Below are positions 10,457-19,492 of a stretch of DNA of 64,000 nt, piece after piece. A model generated the notes under the pieces. The model did not search any database, had not been told where the DNA came from, and saw only the letters and a list, made by a program, of their open reading frames with translations. The stretch is from contig JAEDFN010000002.1 in assembly GCA_016292775.1 (NCBI GenBank), positions 2,908 through 66,907 of the forward strand. The letters run 5' to 3'. Positions within the stretch are counted from its first letter, which is position 1, and the number at the start of each line of letters is the position of its first letter. Source of the DNA: Paludibacteraceae bacterium (GTDB lineage: Bacteria; Bacteroidota; Bacteroidia; Bacteroidales; Paludibacteraceae). Both the position numbers and the translations under genes were made by a program.

Positions 10457-10535
10457 GAATGTTATTGTATTGTTTTTGTTTGGGTGTATTATTTGTTTGT
10501 AATAAGCTGATTTTTAAAGGATAAGAGTTGAAAAA

Positions 10536-10574
10536 CCCTCAATTTCAAAGATTATTATACCTTGAAATTGAGGG
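10536..10574 (-). terminator. Rho-independent terminator of the TonB-dependent receptor gene
   Basis: Perfect 13-bp stem CCCTCAATTTCAA / TTGAAATTGAGGG, followed by TTTTT on the minus strand. About 55 nt after the stop codon. Confidence 0.75.
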
Positions 10575-10629
10575 TAAGTCGGTTGTTTTATAGTCGATTA
10601 GAAAATGGATAATATCACTTTTTTGATTA

Positions 10630-12552
10630 TTATATTCTTACAATAATTCCTCCTTTTGCCCAAATACCCGGTTGTAGAATGCCTCCGTAGTCGTAATATT
10701 TGCTATTTGTAATATTTGTGGCTTCTATAAAGAGACGTATTTTTTTACCTTGCCAAAATATTTTACCATCAAGTAGGCAAACAGGTTGATATTTCTCTAC
10801 TGCTCCTTCTACATTAGTATATTCTCCGTTTCGTTGTTGGTATGAGAATTGCCATGATGCTCCGAAACCTTTATATATTTTATGCTCAAGGAGTATAGTG
10901 AGTTTGTGCTTTAAATAGTCTAATGCATATTTTGATAAATACTCTCCGGACTCTTTATTCAAGTGGCAGAAACTGTATGTTACTTCCGCTTTTGGTATCC
11001 ATTCGTTCCAGTGGTATCCTAATGATACTTCACCACCCATAGCATCTACGCGGCTATGATTGAGGCTAATCCATTTTTCATCTTCCGGTTTCTTTACCCA
11101 GTCGATAATGTTGTTGCCGATTCTGTAATATAAATTCAAATGTGTGCTAAAACCATAGTTGTTGTAGTTTATTCCGACTTCCGTAGTTAAACTTGATTCT
11201 GCTTTTAAGTCGGGATTTGATTGTTGGGTTGCACTTTTATAATACAAATCCGTAAATGTAGGGAGGCGTAATGAGCGGTTTACAGAAGCAAATACGTTTC
11301 CTCCTTGCACGTATTGATAACCGATGTTAGCACCAAAAGCAAAGTTGTTTTTGAACATAGTATTGTAGTTACCTGATGCACCTACAGATGCAGAGAATTT
11401 CTTTACAAAGAAACTTTGTTCTAAAAAGTAGTTGACGTTCAAGTGATTTTTGCTGTGAGTAAACACTACATCGTCTGCTTGTCCCGGTACAGGGCGTGTT
11501 TCTTCCATCGGATTTCCAAGTACGTTAGATAATATTCGTTCGTTTCGAATCTCTACTCCTACACTTGTCTTTCCTATTGAAGAATACCATGCTCCTTTGA
11601 TATTACCCCCAATGGTTGTGGCAAGGTGGTGGTTATGATTTGTGTACCAAGCAGGTGCATCTACATAATCGCGTATTAATTCAAATCTGTCTTGGTGAGT
11701 ACGGGTATATACCGATGCTTCAATGCCAAAACTTTTTATCATCACATTGTATTTTAAAGAGCCTAATAAAGTTTTAGTGGCTTCGTATTGATTCGGATAT
11801 GCTAATGAATAGAAACTGTTTGCACCAAATCCTTTTATTTGACCTCCGAGTTGTAAGTCAAAAGTTCCGATTTTTTCTCCTCTATATACCGCTTGAAGAT
11901 ATGCATTTCCATATTTATAATCGGTGTTGTGCATATATCCGGATGATTGATTGTAGGATGCCGATCCTACCAAAGTCCAGTTGTCGATAGTGTAGTTAGC
12001 TCCTAATACGGGATTGATATATCCGTTATCTCCTACGGTTACAGAAGCTGTTGTTTTGTTTACTTCTTCCGAGCCGGTGATGATGTTTATAGCTCCGGAA
12101 AAGGCTGATAATCCGAATATTTCCATATTCGCTCCTTGTAGGATTTCTATTCGGTCTATCATACTTACATCTATTGGTAAATCGAGAGAGTAGTGACCTG
12201 TTTGTGGGTCGGTAATGTTAATGCCGTTAAGCATAACCACTACTTGGTCAAAAGTTCCTCCTCGCATAGAGAGGTCGGCTTGCACTCCGTTCATACCTCT
12301 ACTACGAACGTCTACTCCAGGTAGGTTTTCCAATAAGTCGCTGACAGTTTCTGCCGGTATACCTTCTATAGATTTTTTGTCAATTACTGTGATTACGTGC
12401 AATTTGTTGTTGGCAATTTTCGTTTGCATTGCGGTAACGGATACTTCGTTAAGTTGTTTTGTTGTTGTGTCGGCCGAGTTAAGTAATTCGTTATTTGCAA
12501 AACATATTTTTGCTATGATAAGTAATAATGTTATAATTGTTATTTTTTTCAT
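10630..12552 (-). CDS. TonB-dependent outer-membrane receptor (small, BtuB/HmuR-size class), substrate unknown
   Basis: 640 aa. Signal peptide, TonB-box-like LNEVSVTA, plug motifs (IEILQGANMEIFG) and a C-terminal beta-barrel ending in an aromatic-type terminus (GGIIVRI). Confidence 0.9.
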   Translation of the reverse strand: MKKITIITLLLIIAKICFANNELLNSADTTTKQLNEVSVTAMQTKIANNKLHVITVIDKKSIEGIPAETVSDLLENLPGVDVRSRGMNGVQADLSMRGGTFDQVVVMLNGINITDPQTGHYSLDLPIDVSMIDRIEILQGANMEIFGLSAFSGAINIITGSEEVNKTTASVTVGDNGYINPVLGANYTIDNWTLVGSASYNQSSGYMHNTDYKYGNAYLQAVYRGEKIGTFDLQLGGQIKGFGANSFYSLAYPNQYEATKTLLGSLKYNVMIKSFGIEASVYTRTHQDRFELIRDYVDAPAWYTNHNHHLATTIGGNIKGAWYSSIGKTSVGVEIRNERILSNVLGNPMEETRPVPGQADDVVFTHSKNHLNVNYFLEQSFFVKKFSASVGASGNYNTMFKNNFAFGANIGYQYVQGGNVFASVNRSLRLPTFTDLYYKSATQQSNPDLKAESSLTTEVGINYNNYGFSTHLNLYYRIGNNIIDWVKKPEDEKWISLNHSRVDAMGGEVSLGYHWNEWIPKAEVTYSFCHLNKESGEYLSKYALDYLKHKLTILLEHKIYKGFGASWQFSYQQRNGEYTNVEGAVEKYQPVCLLDGKIFWQGKKIRLFIEATNITNSKYYDYGGILQPGIWAKGGIIVRI

Positions 12553-12600
12553 TATTATTAATTTTTTAGTTTTACGATGTTATTGGTTTTTTAAATAAAA

Positions 12601-12638
12601 ATAGAGAATATACAATGTGTGAATTGCATATTCTCTAT
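12601..12638 (-). terminator. Terminator-like hairpin between the 113-codon ORF and the TonB-dependent receptor (possible attenuator)
   Basis: 11-bp stem ATAGAGAATAT / ATATTCTCTAT with a 16-nt loop, followed on the minus strand by TTTTATTT. The TAG stop of ORF 12635-12976 lies inside the 5' arm. Confidence 0.5.
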
Positions 12639-12976
12639 GATGTATTTAATGTCGTAAAACTATAGTATGCTTTACGAGCGGGATAGATGTTATTCACTTT
12701 GCCTGTAATAGGCAATAAAATCAAATCCAAGGTAAGTGTATTGCCTTGGTCGGCATTCTCATTGTCGTTTTCAAAGAGTGCAATGATGCTCTGTTCAAAC
12801 ACATTGAGTGTTTGAATAAAGGTGTGACTCTTTTTCATTTGAGCATCAATGGTAGCTCTTTTGAGAGTGCCGATAGTTACTTCTTTGTGCATCGAACTAA
12901 ATGCAGCATAATGATTCCTCGAAAATTTTCTGAATCGGAAAGTGCTGCCGATGCGATTTAATCGGTTTTTGTTCAT
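12635..12976 (-). CDS. Hypothetical small basic protein (113 aa) between relA/spoT and the TonB-dependent receptor
   Basis: 342-nt open frame in AT-rich DNA. Its ATG lies 3 nt after the RSH stop. No signal peptide. The segment YAAFSSMHKEVTIGTL resembles N-terminal extensions I recall from some Bacteroidales TonB-dependent receptors (memory only). Confidence 0.45.
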   Translation of the reverse strand: MNKNRLNRIGSTFRFRKFSRNHYAAFSSMHKEVTIGTLKRATIDAQMKKSHTFIQTLNVFEQSIIALFENDNENADQGNTLTLDLILLPITGKVNNIYPARKAYYSFTTLNTS

Positions 12977-12979
12977 AAA

Positions 12980-15214
12980 TTATTTAATGCGCTTTACTGA
13001 TTGCAGCGCCTTGATTTTGAGCAGATTTCTGCAGAGATTGTCTATGTCTTCCGTGCTGTAGACATATATATCTAAAGTGCCTTTAAATACACCATCTGTG
13101 GTTTCGATATTTATTTTTTTGATGTTTATTGCATAGTCGTCGCTGATGATATGTACTATCTGTTTTAACAGTCCGGTTTGGTCGATACCGGATATCTCTA
13201 TTGTTGTTAAGAAAGAGAGTACACGTTTTGTCTCCCAATCGGCCGAAAGAATACGATTTCCGTAATTGGCTTGTAGTTTTAGAGCTACGGGGCAATCGCA
13301 TTTATGTACTATTACTGTTCCGCTATCATCGATAAATCCCAATACGTTATCGCCCGGAATCGGTTGGCAACAATCGGCAATTTTGTAACCTGCTCCTACA
13401 TCGGCATCTGTGATGTGTATGGTTTTTTTGCTGTTGATAACGGGGGTTTGTGTAGTAGTTTGCTCTGCCTCTTTTTTGTTGAAACTGCCAAATTGTAATT
13501 TCCATATTCTCATCCATTTACTTTGTGTTTGGTTTGAGAATATTGTAGGTACATCGTCTAATTGAATTTTTCCGTTTCCTACATTAAGGTATAATTCGTT
13601 GGCATTTTGTACTTTATAGTGATTTATCAGTTGTTGTAGTGTAGCGGCATTTATTTTTTGCTTAATATTCTTAAGGGCATCTTCTACTTTGTCTTGTCCG
13701 ATTTTAGTGAATTCTTTAAGTTCTTTTTTCAGATAAGTACGAAGATGCGCTTTTGCCTTACTTGTCGTACAGAATTCGAGCCATTCTGCTTGTGGTTTTT
13801 GGTTTGGAGATGTCAGTATCTCTATCTGGTCTCCGCTTTGTAGTTCGTAACTGATAGGTACTAATTTGTGGTCTACTTTAGCTCCTATACAGTGAGTGCC
13901 AATGTCGGAATGTAATGCGAAAGCGAAGTCGAGGGCGGTGGATTTTGCCGGCATTTTATGGATGTCGCCTTTTGGTGTAAATACAAATATTTCAGAAGAA
14001 TAGAGGTTTAATTTAAAGGTATCCATGAATTCTATAGCGTTAGTAAAATCGCTGGAATCAAGCATATCTTTTACGGATTTAAACCATTGATCGAGGTCTG
14101 ATTCGGTTTTCTCTCCGGTTTTATACTTCCAATGTGCTGCAAGTCCGCGTTCGGCAATGTCGTTCATACGTTGGCTACGTATTTGTACTTCAATCCAGTT
14201 ACCTCCTGGGCCCATCACCGTTACGTGTAGGGCTTCGTATCCATTGCTCTTCGGAGTATTAATCCAATCTCGTGTACGGTCGGGATGGGGTGTGTAAATA
14301 CTTGTTATCGCGGAATATGTTACCCAACAGTTGGCTTTTTCATTCTCCCCTTCTTTTGGTTTTAGTATGATACGTACTGCAAGCAGGTCGTAAACTTCTT
14401 CAAAAGTACAGTGTTTTGTCTGCATTTTCTTGAATACACTGTATGGAGATTTTATCCTTTTTACGATATCGTATTGATAATTGTAGCTGTCGAGAATCTT
14501 TTTTATAGGTTGAATAAAAATTTGGAAAGAGTCTTCCAACATCGGAGTGGCTTGTAGAATTTGCCTCTCTAATTTTGCGTAGATACTTGGTTGTTCGTAT
14601 TTAAAACTAAGGTTTTCTAACTCTGTTTTTATCAGGAAGAAACCTAATCTTTGGGCGAGTGGGGCATAGATGTATTGAGTTTCTCCCGTAATTTTAAGTT
14701 GTTTTGCGGGTGGCATCGATCCGAGTGTACGCATATTATGTAGTCGGTCTGCCATTTTGATAAGGATTACCCTTACATCCTCCGGTATTGTAAGTATTAA
14801 TTTGCGAAAATTCTCTGCTTGAGCGGAAGCATTATCTCCGAAAATACCTCCGGAAATTTTTGTCAGTCCGTTTACTATGGAAGCTATTTTCGGGTTGAAT
14901 TCTCGTTCAATATCCTCTAATGTATAGTCTGTATCTTCTACAACGTCGTGCAGAAGAGCTGCACAGATAGATGTTGAGCCGAGTCCTATTTCATTCACTA
15001 CTATTCTTGCCACAGCAAGGGGGTGCATGATGTATGGTTCCCCGGAACGACGTTTGGTGCCGTTGTGGGCTTTGTTGGCAAATTCAAAAGCTTTTGTTAT
15101 TATCTCTACTCTTTGCTTGTGTTGAGTTGCCGCATAATCATTGAGTAGTGCTTTAAACTCGTTATTTATCATTTCCTGTTCTTGTTCAGGAGTAAGATTG
15201 TGATAATCTATCAT
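12980..15214 (-). CDS. Bifunctional (p)ppGpp synthetase/hydrolase, RelA/SpoT homolog (RSH)
   Basis: 744 aa. HD hydrolase motifs (HPLAVA..., LLHDVVEDT), a RelA_SpoT synthetase region, and TGS and ACT-like C-terminal domains. Confidence 0.95.
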   Translation of the reverse strand: MIDYHNLTPEQEQEMINNEFKALLNDYAATQHKQRVEIITKAFEFANKAHNGTKRRSGEPYIMHPLAVARIVVNEIGLGSTSICAALLHDVVEDTDYTLEDIEREFNPKIASIVNGLTKISGGIFGDNASAQAENFRKLILTIPEDVRVILIKMADRLHNMRTLGSMPPAKQLKITGETQYIYAPLAQRLGFFLIKTELENLSFKYEQPSIYAKLERQILQATPMLEDSFQIFIQPIKKILDSYNYQYDIVKRIKSPYSVFKKMQTKHCTFEEVYDLLAVRIILKPKEGENEKANCWVTYSAITSIYTPHPDRTRDWINTPKSNGYEALHVTVMGPGGNWIEVQIRSQRMNDIAERGLAAHWKYKTGEKTESDLDQWFKSVKDMLDSSDFTNAIEFMDTFKLNLYSSEIFVFTPKGDIHKMPAKSTALDFAFALHSDIGTHCIGAKVDHKLVPISYELQSGDQIEILTSPNQKPQAEWLEFCTTSKAKAHLRTYLKKELKEFTKIGQDKVEDALKNIKQKINAATLQQLINHYKVQNANELYLNVGNGKIQLDDVPTIFSNQTQSKWMRIWKLQFGSFNKKEAEQTTTQTPVINSKKTIHITDADVGAGYKIADCCQPIPGDNVLGFIDDSGTVIVHKCDCPVALKLQANYGNRILSADWETKRVLSFLTTIEISGIDQTGLLKQIVHIISDDYAINIKKINIETTDGVFKGTLDIYVYSTEDIDNLCRNLLKIKALQSVKRIK

Positions 15215-15233
15215 AGACGGTTATTTGTTGTTA

Positions 15234-16202
15234 TCAGTCAAGTACTTGACCTGCGTTCTGTGCTAATTGTATCATTTTGTCGTATTCTTCCGGTGATAAG
15301 TCTAAGAAATAGAAGTTCAATGGGTCGACATGTTGACCTTTGAAGATTACTTCGTAATGGAGGTGAGGACCGGTACTTTTTCCGGTATTTCCTACAGAAC
15401 CGATTATGTCGGCGCGACTTATCTTTTGCCGTTCTCGTACTTTTATTTTCTTTAAGTGTGCGTACAATGTTTCGTAACCAAAGCCATGATCGATAATTAT
15501 AGTATTGCCATAGCCTTGTTTCCACCCGGCAAAAGTTACAACTCCGTTTCCTGTGGCAAAGATATCCGTGCCTATCGGGGCTGTAAAGTCCATACCGGTA
15601 TGCATCTTTCTTGTGTGGTATACAGGGTCGATACGATAGCCGAATCCGGATGCTACTTTAGTTAAATCTTTATTTAGTATCGGTTGTATCGCCGGAATAT
15701 TTTGTAGTTTTGTTTCGTTTGTTTTTAATAATTCCACTATCTCATCGTATGACTGTATTTGTGAGTAGATTTGTTTGCTGAGCATCTCAACTTTTTTGGA
15801 TGTCTCGTTGAGAATTTTTGAGCTGCTTTTATCTGATAATTCGTTAATTAATGCGCCTTCATTGCTGTATCCTGCGGTGAAGTCGGGCAGTGGCTCAGCT
15901 TGGAAAATTACTCTGTAAAGGTTGTTATCTCTCTGTTGTAAGTCGTGAGATATTTTTGTCAGTTGATCTACTTTCTTGTCTAACAGCCGATATTTTACTT
16001 TCATCGTTTCCAAGTCTTTTTTCAGCTGTTTCTCTTCAGGAGAATCTATTAAGAGTGTGAAGATGAGAAATAGAATAAAGCCGATGGCTGCACTTGAAAA
16101 AAGGTGTATAAAGATTTTTTTCAGAATGTTTCGCGCAGATGTTTCCACTCTTTCAAACGAAAGGGTCTCCGGATTGTAGTGGAATTTTGCCTTTTTAGCC
16201 AT
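15234..16202 (-). CDS. M23 family metallopeptidase (membrane-anchored, coiled-coil N-terminal region)
   Basis: 322 aa. HTGMDF (HxxxD) and GPHLHYEV (HxH) LytM-type motifs. One N-terminal TM segment. Confidence 0.9.
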   Translation of the reverse strand: MAKKAKFHYNPETLSFERVETSARNILKKIFIHLFSSAAIGFILFLIFTLLIDSPEEKQLKKDLETMKVKYRLLDKKVDQLTKISHDLQQRDNNLYRVIFQAEPLPDFTAGYSNEGALINELSDKSSSKILNETSKKVEMLSKQIYSQIQSYDEIVELLKTNETKLQNIPAIQPILNKDLTKVASGFGYRIDPVYHTRKMHTGMDFTAPIGTDIFATGNGVVTFAGWKQGYGNTIIIDHGFGYETLYAHLKKIKVRERQKISRADIIGSVGNTGKSTGPHLHYEVIFKGQHVDPLNFYFLDLSPEEYDKMIQLAQNAGQVLD

Positions 16203-16263
16203 TCTATCTTATTTTTTGTGAACTGTTACGTTGTTGTTCTAAAAACCTTTTAATGTGGTTCGT

Positions 16264-17307
16264 TTATTTGCTTTCTTGTGCTTCGTTGTATTTTACTACC
16301 CACATTAAACTAGGGAAGTGGTCGCTATAGCCGTTAGTCCATACTCCGCCGGAGTGTGTTCGTAGCGGATATCCTTTGTATTTACCTTCGTGCTGTTTTA
16401 GAAAGTCTTTATTAAAGATTTCTGTTTTCCAGTATTTTAGTGTGTTATAATCTTTTCCAAGCAGGTCGTGGGAAATTATAATTTGGTCGAAAAGGTTCCA
16501 CAAATCTTGATATGCGAGCGAACCAATACCTTTTTTGTATAAGCTGTAAGTGGTATTGAATAATTCTTGAGGGGCAACGCTCTCTTTTTGGCCTTTTGCT
16601 CCGAGGTGTTTGGTGACAGAGGCGTCGACAGGGTCGTCATTAAGGTCGCCCATGATGACGATTTTTGCTTGTGGATTGATTTTAAAGAGTGAATCACAGA
16701 TGTGTTTTGTAGTTTTTGCTGCATCGGCACGGCGTGGGTTAGAACGTTTTAAACCGCCTCCTCTTGATGGCCAATGGAGTACTATGATATGTATTTCTTC
16801 GTTGTCTAACAAGCCTGAAACGCAGAGTTGATCTCTGGTATAAAAGTCGGGTATTTCGCTGATGATGCGAGTGGATGTTACGTTTGTCGGGGTGAAAAAT
16901 GCCGGGTTATATAATAAGCCTACATCTACTCCTCGCTTGTCCGGACCCTCTACCAATATCGGCTTTAAGTTTCTGTCGATTATACTTTCTTCTTTTACCA
17001 AATCTTGTAATACGTCGATGTTCTCTACTTCAGAAACGCCTAATACCGCTAAATTTTTTGGCATTTGAGATATGGCATACGACATTTTCTTCAGTTTGTT
17101 GGTGTATTTTAATGTACCCCATGAGTAATCTCCATCAGGTAGAAATTGTTCGTCGTTTTTATTTGGGTCATTTATTGTGTCGAATAAATTTTCTAAATTG
17201 TAAAATCCTATTACGTAGGCTTTTAATGATTTATCTTGACAGTGTGCAGTTACGGAAAAGCAAGCAATCATTAATAATCCGATAAATAATTTTCTACTGA
17301 AATTCAT
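16264..17307 (-). CDS. Secreted endonuclease/exonuclease/phosphatase (EEP) family protein
   Basis: 347 aa. Signal peptide. FYNLENLFD at the start of the mature part, GDLNDD, and SDHFP near the C-terminus (EEP catalytic motifs). Confidence 0.85.
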   Translation of the reverse strand: MNFSRKLFIGLLMIACFSVTAHCQDKSLKAYVIGFYNLENLFDTINDPNKNDEQFLPDGDYSWGTLKYTNKLKKMSYAISQMPKNLAVLGVSEVENIDVLQDLVKEESIIDRNLKPILVEGPDKRGVDVGLLYNPAFFTPTNVTSTRIISEIPDFYTRDQLCVSGLLDNEEIHIIVLHWPSRGGGLKRSNPRRADAAKTTKHICDSLFKINPQAKIVIMGDLNDDPVDASVTKHLGAKGQKESVAPQELFNTTYSLYKKGIGSLAYQDLWNLFDQIIISHDLLGKDYNTLKYWKTEIFNKDFLKQHEGKYKGYPLRTHSGGVWTNGYSDHFPSLMWVVKYNEAQESK

Positions 17308-17345
17308 AATAAAAAACTCTTATTTTTTGTGTTTATAAATAAAAA

Positions 17346-17377
17346 CGCACCTCGGCATTTTATAATGCAAAGGTGCG
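17346..17377 (-). terminator. Rho-independent terminator after pullulanase
   Basis: CGCACCT...GCATT / AATGC...AGGTGCG hairpin, flanked by A5 on the + strand (T5 on the minus strand) and by T7 on the + strand. Confidence 0.65.
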
Positions 17378-17491
17378 AATTTTTTTCTAAATAGCAAAAT
17401 TATTTAAAGTCTATTTTGTTGCTATTGCTATTCAATTCGTTATGTTTTTATTATGTTTGATTATATGTTTTTAAACATATAAATACATCTA

Positions 17492-19483
17492 TTATTCTTG
17501 GTATAGAATGATAGCCGTTGTAGGATTTATCGTGATAGTGTTTGACACTTTTTGTTTTTCTTCAACGATAAATGTTTCGTCTTTTAAATATACATTCCAA
17601 GTTTCGCCGTCAAGGTTTATGTTTTTAGGTTCTTTATTTCTATTTAGAATAACCATTATTTTAGACCATGAGTCGCCACATTCTTTTGCGTTAATAGTAT
17701 AGGCGATTATGCCCGGTTCCGATTCCATAAAGCGAAGGTTTTCCGCAACACTCTCGGCACTATTCATTCGGAAAGCGGGGTGACATCTACGTAATTGGAT
17801 AAGGGAGCGATAGAATTTATATACGTTATTGTATTTTGCTTTGTTACTCCAATTTATCTCGTTTATTGAGTCGGGAGAGTTGTAGCTGTTATGAACCATT
17901 TTTTTGTCGCGTAGCACCTCTTCTCCGGCGTATATAAATGGCACACCTTGACTTGTGAAAACTATTGTTTGAGCCAAGAGGTCCATTTTAATTATCTCAT
18001 CTATAGTAGCTTCAGGGCAAGTGGCTTTAAGTTTGTCAACAATGCAAGGGTCGTCATGGCAAGAGACGTAGTTGATTACTTGAGCCGGAGTTGTTGCATA
18101 AGGGGCATTTGAATGGATGATGTTGGTGAAGTCGACTTGAGGGTGGTTTGTAGCTCCTACAATGCCAAATTTTATGGTTTCATCCAAATCTTTGCCGGCG
18201 AGGAATCCTCCTGCATCGCCCTCTGTCCAGTTGCCACGAAGTCCATCGCGGATATTATCGCTAAATACTGCTATAGGGGCGAAGAGTGGGGCATTTTGTT
18301 TTACTGCTCTTTCGCTTTCAGGTATCGCACATTCTCCTCCTGCCCATCCTTCTCCGTGTATAGATATCGATGGGTCGATTTCATCTACTGCCGCTCTGAT
18401 GGTTTTCATCGTTTCTATGTCATGAATTCCCATTAAGTCGAATCTGAATCCATCGATATGATATTCATTAATCCAATATTTTACGGATTCTATTATGAAT
18501 TGTCGCATCATTGGTCGCTCTGAAGCGGTTTCATTACCACATCCCGAACCGTTACTCCAAGTGCTATCGGATTTCATTCTATAGAAGTACCCCGGTGCCA
18601 TTAAATTTAAATGAGATTCCGCTCCTACAAAGGTATGATTATAAACTACATCCATGATTACTCGTATGCCTACAGAGTGTAATTTTTGTATCATGGATTT
18701 GAGTTCGTAAATTCTTACATTAGGTGCATATGGATCGGTAGAATATCCTCCTTCCGGCACATTGTAATTTTTGGGGTCGTATCCCCAATTGTAATTGTTT
18801 TGGTTTAATTTGGTTTCGTCTATTGATCCGTAGTCGTACATTGGTAATATTTGTACATGACTGATACCTAAGTCCAAAAGATGGTCGAGTCCGGTTTTTT
18901 CTCCTTCCGGCGATTTGGTTCCGGTTTCAGAAAGACCTAAGAATTTGCCAGGGAAAGAACTTCCTGAGGAGGGGGAAATAGTGAAATCTCTCATATGTAC
19001 TTCATAGATGATAGCATCTGTAAATGATTTCATTTCCGGACGTTTGTCATTTTCCCATCCTTCAGGATTAGTAGAATTCCAATCAATGATGGCGGCTCTA
19101 TCTCCATTGCATCCTACGGCTTTTGCCCATATACCCGGAGTAGTTCCAAGCCATTTGTCGTTTTGCTTAATTTGAAAAGTGAAGAATTTACCTATAAGGT
19201 CTTCTTTTACAGTGTATTTCCATACACCTTCTCCATCATATTTCATGTCGTATGTGGCGTAAGGTGCCCCTATTACTCCATCTTCATAGAGGTTTAATCT
19301 AACCTCTTCAGCTTCCGGCGACCAGGCTTTAAAGGTGGATGATTCGGCACTATATGTTACACCTAAATCATTGCCTTTATATACGGGATAGTCGTCGTAG
19401 GAGGCGTATTTTTGTGGCTTTTCCGAACAAGAAACAATACTTATTGCTGCCAGTGATATTGCTATTAAATTTTTTAGTTTCAT
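17492..19483 (-). CDS. pulA: Type I pullulanase (GH13), lipoprotein
   Basis: 663 aa. Lipobox SIVSC. YNWGYDP, GIRVIMDVVYNH, DGFRFDLMG, HGEGW and YVSCHD conserved GH13/pullulanase regions. Confidence 0.9.
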   Translation of the reverse strand: MKLKNLIAISLAAISIVSCSEKPQKYASYDDYPVYKGNDLGVTYSAESSTFKAWSPEAEEVRLNLYEDGVIGAPYATYDMKYDGEGVWKYTVKEDLIGKFFTFQIKQNDKWLGTTPGIWAKAVGCNGDRAAIIDWNSTNPEGWENDKRPEMKSFTDAIIYEVHMRDFTISPSSGSSFPGKFLGLSETGTKSPEGEKTGLDHLLDLGISHVQILPMYDYGSIDETKLNQNNYNWGYDPKNYNVPEGGYSTDPYAPNVRIYELKSMIQKLHSVGIRVIMDVVYNHTFVGAESHLNLMAPGYFYRMKSDSTWSNGSGCGNETASERPMMRQFIIESVKYWINEYHIDGFRFDLMGIHDIETMKTIRAAVDEIDPSISIHGEGWAGGECAIPESERAVKQNAPLFAPIAVFSDNIRDGLRGNWTEGDAGGFLAGKDLDETIKFGIVGATNHPQVDFTNIIHSNAPYATTPAQVINYVSCHDDPCIVDKLKATCPEATIDEIIKMDLLAQTIVFTSQGVPFIYAGEEVLRDKKMVHNSYNSPDSINEINWSNKAKYNNVYKFYRSLIQLRRCHPAFRMNSAESVAENLRFMESEPGIIAYTINAKECGDSWSKIMVILNRNKEPKNINLDGETWNVYLKDETFIVEEKQKVSNTITINPTTAIILYQE

Positions 19484-19492
19484 AATGTCATG

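Noticed and set aside
12553-12980. Cobalamin or TPP riboswitch upstream of the BtuB-sized TonB-dependent receptor
   Set aside because: Reading the minus strand, I found no B12-box-like (…AGYCMGGAGACCKGCC…) core and no TPP core (CUGAGA … ACCUGAUCUGGAUAAUGCCAGC). Only a covariance-model scan could exclude divergent versions.
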